A program made the position numbers and the translations under genes. A stretch of 64,000 bases of DNA from an uncultured Bacteroidota bacterium (GTDB taxonomy: Bacteria > Bacteroidota > Bacteroidia > Bacteroidales > SZUA-534), in assembly GCA_946414435.1 (NCBI GenBank), contig CAMKOM010000012.1, positions 2,980 through 66,979 of the forward strand. The letters are read 5' to 3'. How positions within the stretch are numbered: the first letter of the stretch is position 1; each line of letters begins with the position of its first letter. Shown in pieces: positions 58,068-64,000 of the stretch. The notes beneath the pieces are model-generated. The model did no database searches. It was not told the origin of the DNA and was given only the letters and a program-made list of their open reading frames with translations.

Positions 58068-59186
58068 CTATCCCAAATCCACATCGGGCGAAATGAAAAC
58101 TTCATATCCGGGGAAGGCTTCGCTGACCTCTTTACAGAGAATTGCCGCGCCTTCTTCAGCCACAATGTCGAAACTCATCACAACATCGAAGCGCATAGTG
58201 CGTTCATTCATATCAACATAGAAGCCGTGCATCTGCAAAGCCCAAGGGTGCGATTTGACAATTTTCACGACTTTACTTCGGATTTCTGCCGCATCGTCGT
58301 TCTTTGTGTTGTAAGAATATACACCCACACCTGCAAGAATAACGCCAGTCTCTTTGAAAACACGATTTTGCAGTTTACGGGTCAGCGTATCCAGTTCTTC
58401 AACGGTCATATTATCAGGCAATTCCAAATGAACCGAACCTATATATTTGTTCGGGCCGTAATCGTTCAGAATCAGGTCGTAGGCGCCACGCACGGGTTCT
58501 TCGGCTGTGAGAATCGCCTTGATGTGTTTGGCCATTTCCTTGTCGGCGCGCTTGCCCAGAATATCGTCCAATGTATCCTTAAGCATTTCAACTCCCGCCT
58601 TGATGATGAACAGCGATATTGCAACGCCCACATAGGCTTCGAGCGAAACGCCCGTTGTCAGGAACACGATAGCAGATGCCAGCACCGAAAACGACAGAAT
58701 GGCGTCGAACAGCGCATCGGCACCAGATGCCACCAAAGCGCCCGAATTCACGCGCTCGCCCTGACGCTTCACATACTTGCCCAGCACCAGTTTTACAACA
58801 ACCGCTGCAGCGATAATCACAAGCGAAACGGTGCTGTAATCGGCCTCTGCGGGATTTATAATCTTCTTGACAGACTCCACAGCCGATGTGCCGCCAGCAT
58901 ACAGCACAATAGCCGCCACAATCATAGCGCTCAAATACTCTATGCGGCCGTAGCCAAGCGGATGCTTCTTGTTTGGGCGTCTGTTCGACAGTTTTGCGCC
59001 CACTATCGTTATCACCGACGAGAGTGCGTCGGAAAGGTTGTTCACAGCGTCGAGCGTAACGGCAATTGAGCCCGTCACAAAGCCGACAACCGCTTTGAAT
59101 GCAGAAAGCACCACGTTGGTTGCAATGCCAACAATGCTTGTGCGTACAATAACCTTACTGCGATTTTCAATTTCGTTCTCGACCAT
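58068..59186 (-). CDS. cation diffusion facilitator (CDF) transporter
   Basis: 372 aa. Six TM helices, the LDAVNNLSDALSS motif and a C-terminal cytoplasmic dimerisation domain. Confidence 0.9.
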   Translation of the reverse strand: MVENEIENRSKVIVRTSIVGIATNVVLSAFKAVVGFVTGSIAVTLDAVNNLSDALSSVITIVGAKLSNRRPNKKHPLGYGRIEYLSAMIVAAIVLYAGGTSAVESVKKIINPAEADYSTVSLVIIAAAVVVKLVLGKYVKRQGERVNSGALVASGADALFDAILSFSVLASAIVFLTTGVSLEAYVGVAISLFIIKAGVEMLKDTLDDILGKRADKEMAKHIKAILTAEEPVRGAYDLILNDYGPNKYIGSVHLELPDNMTVEELDTLTRKLQNRVFKETGVILAGVGVYSYNTKNDDAAEIRSKVVKIVKSHPWALQMHGFYVDMNERTMRFDVVMSFDIVAEEGAAILCKEVSEAFPGYEVFISPDVDLG

Positions 59187-59218
59187 TTGAATATCTTAAT
59201 AAGTTCTTTTTATGCAAG

Positions 59219-60034
59219 TTACGGCAGTTTCGGGTATTTTTTGAAATCGGGTTTGCGTTTTTCGAGGAATGCGCGACCGCCTTCCTGAGCCTCGTCAAGG
59301 AAATAGTAGAGCATTGTGGCGTCGCCTGCAAGTTCTTGAATACCAGCCTGTCCGTCGAGTTCTGCGTTCAGTCCGGCCTTAATCATCCGTAGTGCCAGCG
59401 GCGAGCGCTCCATCATTGTCTCGGCCCACTCAACGCATTCATCCTCAAGGCGTTCGAGTGGCACAACCTTGTTCACAAGTCCCATCCGCTCGGCCTCCTG
59501 CGCCGAATACTGACGGCAAAGGAACCAGATTTCGCGGGCTTTCTTCTGCCCCACAATCCGCGCCAGATACGACGCGCCAAAGCCTGCGTCGAACGAGCCG
59601 ACCTTGGGCCCCGTCTGTCCGAAAATGGCGTTTTCAGAAGCGATTGTCAGGTCGCAAACCAGGTGCAGCACGTGGCCGCCGCCAATGGCGTAGCCGTTGA
59701 CCATTGCAATGACCGGCTTTGGCAGGCGGCGGATTTGCATCTGCACGTCGAGCACGCTCAAACGCGGCACGCCGGCCTCGTCGATATAGCCGCCGCGTCC
59801 TTTCACGTGCATATCGCCGCCGCTGCAGAACGCCTTGTCGCCGGCGCCCGTAAGTATCACAACACTAATGTCTTGCATCTCGCGGCAAAGCGTGAAGGCC
59901 TGCGACAGCTCCCACGTTGTTTTTGGTGTGAAAGCGTTGCGGTAGCGCGGCCGGTTAATGGTTATCTTGGCAATTCCGTTGTACTCCTCAAACAGAATCT
60001 CCTCAAACTCGCGAATTGTTTTCCATTCTCTCAT
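59219..60034 (-). CDS. menB: 1,4-dihydroxy-2-naphthoyl-CoA synthase
   Basis: 271 aa crotonase-fold protein with [12 protein letters not shown] and [13 protein letters not shown]. Confidence 0.95.
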   Translation of the reverse strand: MREWKTIREFEEILFEEYNGIAKITINRPRYRNAFTPKTTWELSQAFTLCREMQDISVVILTGAGDKAFCSGGDMHVKGRGGYIDEAGVPRLSVLDVQMQIRRLPKPVIAMVNGYAIGGGHVLHLVCDLTIASENAIFGQTGPKVGSFDAGFGASYLARIVGQKKAREIWFLCRQYSAQEAERMGLVNKVVPLERLEDECVEWAETMMERSPLALRMIKAGLNAELDGQAGIQELAGDATMLYYFLDEAQEGGRAFLEKRKPDFKKYPKLP

Positions 60035-60079
60035 AATAATATGTTTTTCTGATTGTTATCGATTGTTATTTAAAGTAAT

Positions 60080-61693
60080 TTATCGGAAGTTTTTTTCGTC
60101 GGTCTGCGCCGAAGTAAGCACTTCGAGCAGTATCGGTCTGTCGCTCTGCAATGTGAACAGCTCGTCGAGACCGGCGGCAAGTTCGTACTGATTGTGTGCT
60201 GAAAGGTATAAAACATTGTTCTGCTGACAGATACCCATTGCCGTTGTGTTGTGTTCGGCCGCCACGAAACGGTTGCGAGCGGCACTTTTGTCGAGACCGG
60301 GCAGTTGGTTGAAAATTGCGCCACATCCATTGTTAATCAGCAATATACGGAAGTTTCCCTTTAGGTTTTGGTTCCAAAGGGCGTTTTGGTCGTAGAAGAA
60401 ACTCAGGTCGCCAATGACGCAGAAGGTGGTTTTGTCGGTCGCGGCCGAAAAGCCCGCAGCCGTCGAGAGCGAGCCCTCGATACCGTTCACGCCACGGTTG
60501 CACCAGACAAAATGGTTGGCGTAAATATTTGCCAATCTGACAGATATTGAGTTTGCATAATGCACAAAACAATCGGCGGCAGCCTGCTCAAATTTCTGCT
60601 CAAAGAGCTTTACGGCCATTACCTGCGAATAGTCGAGATTGTAGGCCAGCGATTTGGTGCGTGCGTCGGAAATGGTTGTGCGCCAAGCGTTTGCAAAATC
60701 AGCATCGGTATCGGTGCAAGCCTTGACAGCACGCCAAACCTCAGGCATAACGCTCTCGGGGCGGCCGACAATAATGCCGCACAGGTTTTGGAATGTATCT
60801 TCGACGTTGCCGTCGGCACTCACACGCCACGTCTTCGCCCCTGCCGACTTGCGCACAAAGGCTTTCAGGCGCTTGCTCACAATGGCGTCGCCGGCGTAAA
60901 CCACAAGGTCGGGCCGCAAGGTGTCGGGCGTTGCTCCGGCCAGCGCCTCATCGACATTGCAAGTGCGGTTGAAAACCGACAGCGCCTCGTGCAAAACTAT
61001 CGGCGCATCGGGTTCGTCGATATTGATATTCAGCGGTTTGCTGCATTGACCAACGATAATCAGCGGCCGGTGCGAGTGGCGCAAATCGGTCAGAAAATCG
61101 TCCGGCAAACGGACATCTGCACTCGGAAAATAGCGGCGAATGACGCGTTCGGCGGGCAACTGCGGCACATCGAAACAGAAAAGCGGCTCGGTAATGGGCA
61201 CGTTGATATGGACGGGCCCCTGCTGCGCCTCAATCAGCGCTTCGTTCACAAGGCGGTTGCAATACCAGCGCTCGTCGGCATTGGCGGGCTCGGGCAGCTG
61301 CACCGTTTTCCGCACAAAGCAGCCCAGAGCGCCGGGCTGCGGAAGCGTTTGACCGTCGAGTTGGTCAATCCACTGCTGCGGACGGTCGGCCGAAACAACA
61401 ATCAACGGAACGTGCTGATAATGAGCTTCGGCCACAGCCGGTGCCAGGTTCAGCAACGCCGACCCCGAAGTGACGCAGACCGCCACCGCCTCGCCGGTTG
61501 CCTGCGCAATGCCAATGGCGAAAAATCCGGCCGAGCGCTCATCGGTAACCGGAAAGCACTCAATATCAGGACATTCGTTCAGATTGTGGACAATAGCGGC
61601 GTTGCGGCTTCCGGGGCAGACAACCGCCCGGCGCACGCCGTGAGCCACCAGCAGCGACGTGAGTATGTTTACATTTGTTTTGTTGCAATACAT
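60080..61693 (-). CDS. menD: SEPHCHC synthase (2-succinyl-5-enolpyruvyl-6-hydroxy-3-cyclohexene-1-carboxylate synthase)
   Basis: I prefer the ATG at 61693, MYCNKTNVNILTSLLVAHGVRRAVVCPGSRN; an upstream ATG at 61732 is also possible. ThDP motif GDLSFFYDQNAL...NNGCGAIF. It overlaps the menF 3' end by 25 nt. Confidence 0.92.
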   Translation of the reverse strand: MYCNKTNVNILTSLLVAHGVRRAVVCPGSRNAAIVHNLNECPDIECFPVTDERSAGFFAIGIAQATGEAVAVCVTSGSALLNLAPAVAEAHYQHVPLIVVSADRPQQWIDQLDGQTLPQPGALGCFVRKTVQLPEPANADERWYCNRLVNEALIEAQQGPVHINVPITEPLFCFDVPQLPAERVIRRYFPSADVRLPDDFLTDLRHSHRPLIIVGQCSKPLNINIDEPDAPIVLHEALSVFNRTCNVDEALAGATPDTLRPDLVVYAGDAIVSKRLKAFVRKSAGAKTWRVSADGNVEDTFQNLCGIIVGRPESVMPEVWRAVKACTDTDADFANAWRTTISDARTKSLAYNLDYSQVMAVKLFEQKFEQAAADCFVHYANSISVRLANIYANHFVWCNRGVNGIEGSLSTAAGFSAATDKTTFCVIGDLSFFYDQNALWNQNLKGNFRILLINNGCGAIFNQLPGLDKSAARNRFVAAEHNTTAMGICQQNNVLYLSAHNQYELAAGLDELFTLQSDRPILLEVLTSAQTDEKNFR

Positions 61694-62709
61694 TTTCGCA
61701 TTGTTTCGAGTTTCGCTTCGGTTTCCTGCCATTCCGTTGCCTCGTTGCTCTCGGTGAGCAGTCCGCCGCCAGCGTACAGATTATATTGATTGTCAATTAT
61801 TTTCATACAGCGTAGCGATACGTACAAATGAGTTTCACCGCCAATGCCCAGCGGACCTGTGAAGCCGCTGTAGTAAAGGCGCGGCGTGTGTTCGTTGTTG
61901 AGAATGAAGTCGAACGTTTCGGCCTTCGGAAGTCCGCACACAGCCGGCGTCGGGTGCAGCCGGTCGAGCAGGCCGCCCATTGCGCTTGGGTCCATATCGA
62001 AGGCGAAATCGCTGCGCAAATGCACCAGATTGGCCACACGCACGGTGCGCGGGCCGTTTTCGGTGTAATCGATATTGAACTGCTTCAGGCACTCGCCAAC
62101 ATACGAGGCCACATAGCGCTGTTCCTGAATATTCTTGGTTGACCAATGGATTTGCTCGCCTTCGCCATTCAGCTCATTCTCATCGAGTTGCATTGTTCCG
62201 GCCAGGGCAATAGTGAGCCAGTGGCCGCCGGCGTTCTCGAGCAGGATTTCGGGCGAGGCAATGAGCCACATTCCGCTCTGCGGCGTGTTTACAAGTGCGA
62301 TATAAAGCCTCGGATAGAGCCTGCACGCGCGTTGAAACAACTCTATCGGTGGTATGTAAGCCGACGTCTGCTCGGTGGCACATCGCGCCAGCACAATCTT
62401 GCGGAAGCGCCCCTGCACCAGCTGACTATGAAAACGCTCAAAGTCAACCGAATATTCCTGTCTGCGGACAACCGCCGGCAGCATATCGGCATCGGTCAAA
62501 GAGCCCAATTCGACAGGCATTTCGGTCACCTTGTCGGGATTGATAAGCACAATGGGCTTGTCCTGCTCGACACAGAATGGCGCCACAACAAAACCACGGC
62601 GGCCGTCAAGCTCGGTGCACGATGTAAGCGTTGCGGGCTCGCCTGTCGTCTGCTCAATGAGCGTGCAGCTTTCGGCGTGCGGCAACCGGTATATTGCAAA
62701 ACTGTTCAT
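61669..62709 (-). CDS. menF: isochorismate synthase
   Basis: I prefer the ATG at 62709 (MNSFAIYRLP); the track start at 62742 is TTG. The chorismate-binding C-terminus reads LHPTPAVCGLP...YYSGFTGP...YAGGGL. Confidence 0.88.
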   Translation of the reverse strand: MNSFAIYRLPHAESCTLIEQTTGEPATLTSCTELDGRRGFVVAPFCVEQDKPIVLINPDKVTEMPVELGSLTDADMLPAVVRRQEYSVDFERFHSQLVQGRFRKIVLARCATEQTSAYIPPIELFQRACRLYPRLYIALVNTPQSGMWLIASPEILLENAGGHWLTIALAGTMQLDENELNGEGEQIHWSTKNIQEQRYVASYVGECLKQFNIDYTENGPRTVRVANLVHLRSDFAFDMDPSAMGGLLDRLHPTPAVCGLPKAETFDFILNNEHTPRLYYSGFTGPLGIGGETHLYVSLRCMKIIDNQYNLYAGGGLLTESNEATEWQETEAKLETMRKCIATKQM

Positions 62710-62730
62710 TGCATACGAAAATTCAGCGGT

Positions 62731-62738
62731 CAAATATA
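62731..62738 (-). promoter_or_regulatory. -7 box for the men operon (menF)
   Basis: Minus strand TATATTTG, 22 nt upstream of the ATG at 62709. Confidence 0.45.
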
Positions 62739-62814
62739 CCAAAAGTCGGGAAGATTAGTTGCTATTCTCTACTTGCCACCAACGTATGCCTAACGTTAAC
62801 AAAACGTATCGTGA

Positions 62815-64000
62815 TTAAAAATTAATCACAATTCGTTTAACCACGCTACCGGTTTTTACAATGTAAACGCCTGCGCTTGCCACACGGAATTCTGCGCTGA
62901 CGCGTGCCGCATCCCTACAGATTAATTTGCCCATTGCATCATAAACAAAGATTTCCTCTGTAGCATTCTCAACCACAATGGTATTGTCATAGGCATAGAT
63001 ATTAATGGCGTTAGCGGCATATTCGGCAACGGCAGTACCCTTCTCCGGCGTTTCTGCCAGTTTTGTGCCAGCCGCAGTGCGGGTGTCGGTTTCACCGCAG
63101 CCGCGCTCGCAAACGGCAGTCTCTGTGCCGTCTGCCGTAGTGGTGGCATCGTTGTTATAAGTGTATTTTTCAAACTTGTGGCCTATAGCCACAACATCTT
63201 CTTGCGCAACCAATACAGCATTGCATACCGAACAATGCTTGCCTTCAGTTTTGCCTGCAGTAGTGCAAGTGGCTGCCACAGCGGCGTCCACAACTTCATT
63301 GTGGCCAGTTGCGGCAACTTCTTGCTGTGCCACAAGTGTTTCATTGCAAACTGAGCAATGCTTGCCTTCGGTTTTGCCGGCGATTGTGCAAGTGGCGGCA
63401 ATGGCGGCATCCACAACCTCAGTGTGGCCAAGAGCAGCAACAGTATCAATGTAAATGACATCGTTGCAGCGCGCACAGGTAAGTTCTTTATAGCCCAAAT
63501 TGGTGCAGGTTGATGCATGAGACACAGTGTCGTAGGCATGACCTAAAGCGGGAATTGCAAGAGTATAATGAAAATAATCACAATGACAAACCGGGCAAAA
63601 AATCACAGAATCTTTTGAACCAGCAGTCGTACATGTTGCAGAAATAATATTCTCTATTTTATATGTTTGCGTACATGCTTCAAATGATGCAGTATATGTT
63701 TTACTTTCTGTAACGTTTACAGTAAGGGGATTTCCACCCCCGGCTTCTCCCCAACTAACATTGTTAAGATGGTATCCTGCCGCAGCTTTTGTCGCTCTTA
63801 ATGTAACAGTACCATTTGTGGTTTCTGCCAAATACCACAGAGAGCCATCTGTGCTCTCCACAGCATAATTTTCGCCAGTAAGCGTTATTTCTCCAATATG
63901 GGAATTCTCGTTTTTAATTCTAATTACTTTACACCCCCAATTACCATTCCCTTGACATTTTGTAGACCAATTTGCGGGTTTTTCTTTTGCTTCACTATAG
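62815..64000 (-). CDS. T9SS-sorted surface protein with Cys-rich tandem repeats, N-terminus beyond right window edge
   Basis: The frame stays open upstream of the track's GTG at 63861 all the way to nt 64000. There are four to five repeats of the type GH..VVDAA.AATCT.AGKTEGKHCSVCN. The C-terminal CTD is INIYAYDNTIVVENATEEIFVYDAMGKLIC...GVYIVKTG. Confidence 0.8.
   Translation of the reverse strand, partial: YSEAKEKPANWSTKCQGNGNWGCKVIRIKNENSHIGEITLTGENYAVESTDGSLWYLAETTNGTVTLRATKAAAGYHLNNVSWGEAGGGNPLTVNVTESKTYTASFEACTQTYKIENIISATCTTAGSKDSVIFCPVCHCDYFHYTLAIPALGHAYDTVSHASTCTNLGYKELTCARCNDVIYIDTVAALGHTEVVDAAIAATCTIAGKTEGKHCSVCNETLVAQQEVAATGHNEVVDAAVAATCTTAGKTEGKHCSVCNAVLVAQEDVVAIGHKFEKYTYNNDATTTADGTETAVCERGCGETDTRTAAGTKLAETPEKGTAVAEYAANAINIYAYDNTIVVENATEEIFVYDAMGKLICRDAARVSAEFRVASAGVYIVKTGSVVKRIVINF
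63094..63654 (-). repeat. Cys-rich tandem repeats (about 38-41 aa; the best pair is 123 nt) in T9SS cargo gene
   Basis: TEVVDAAIAATCTIAGKTEGKHCSVCNETLVAQQEVAATGH is followed by NEVVDAAVAATCTTAGKTEGKHCSVCNAVLVAQEDVVAIGH. Two more diverged copies lie upstream and a partial copy lies downstream. Confidence 0.8.

Noticed and set aside
60041-60075. The tandem gattgttatcgattgttat between menD and menB could be another mosaic locus.
   Set aside because: It is a single short duplication with words not shared with the other loci, which is too little evidence to include it in the family.

Overview
This window looks like core chromosome of a Bacteroidales organism, probably Prevotellaceae-like. Support: T9SS-sorted surface proteins, TAnnTTTG -7 promoter boxes, roughly 50% GC and Bacteroides-type gene neighbourhoods. 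I call 48 protein-coding genes (two cut by the window edges) and one tRNA-Arg(ACG). There is no rRNA, CRISPR array, transposase, integrase, phage gene or recognisable defence or toxin module.

Gene content, left to right:
- a small glucuronoxylan/glucuronate locus: GH10-fold lipoprotein, LacI regulator, GH67 alpha-glucuronidase, uxuA
- alaS, an M23 peptidase and a MerR regulator
- serC-serA-DUF1015 and purU
- a ROK glucokinase and a nucleoside-type MFS transporter
- the acn-icd-gltA oxidative TCA branch
- gyrB, then a giant TPR protein paired with an outer-membrane barrel
- ftsE-like ATPase, a DsbD-like reductase and a 7TM-DISM/PP2C sensor phosphatase
- tRNA-Arg, dapA, secA, mltG
- a menaquinone operon, menF-D-B-(CDF)-C-E, with a divergent hotdog thioesterase
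- BspA-type LRR and Cys-repeat T9SS cargo genes at the two ends

I found no new protein-coding system. The most unusual signal is non-coding. Eleven gaps, mostly between co-directional genes, are filled by one family of modular low-complexity elements. Each is built from 7-8 nt words repeated two to ten times. The modules keep the same order between loci, are almost always oriented with transcription, share 19-21 nt identical cores, and in several cases supply the stop codon and last residues of the upstream gene.

The second notable item is the GH10-fold lipoprotein. Both catalytic glutamates and several -1 subsite residues are substituted, so it is probably non-catalytic.

All calls come from reading the sequence and from remembered family motifs. 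No database search was run.
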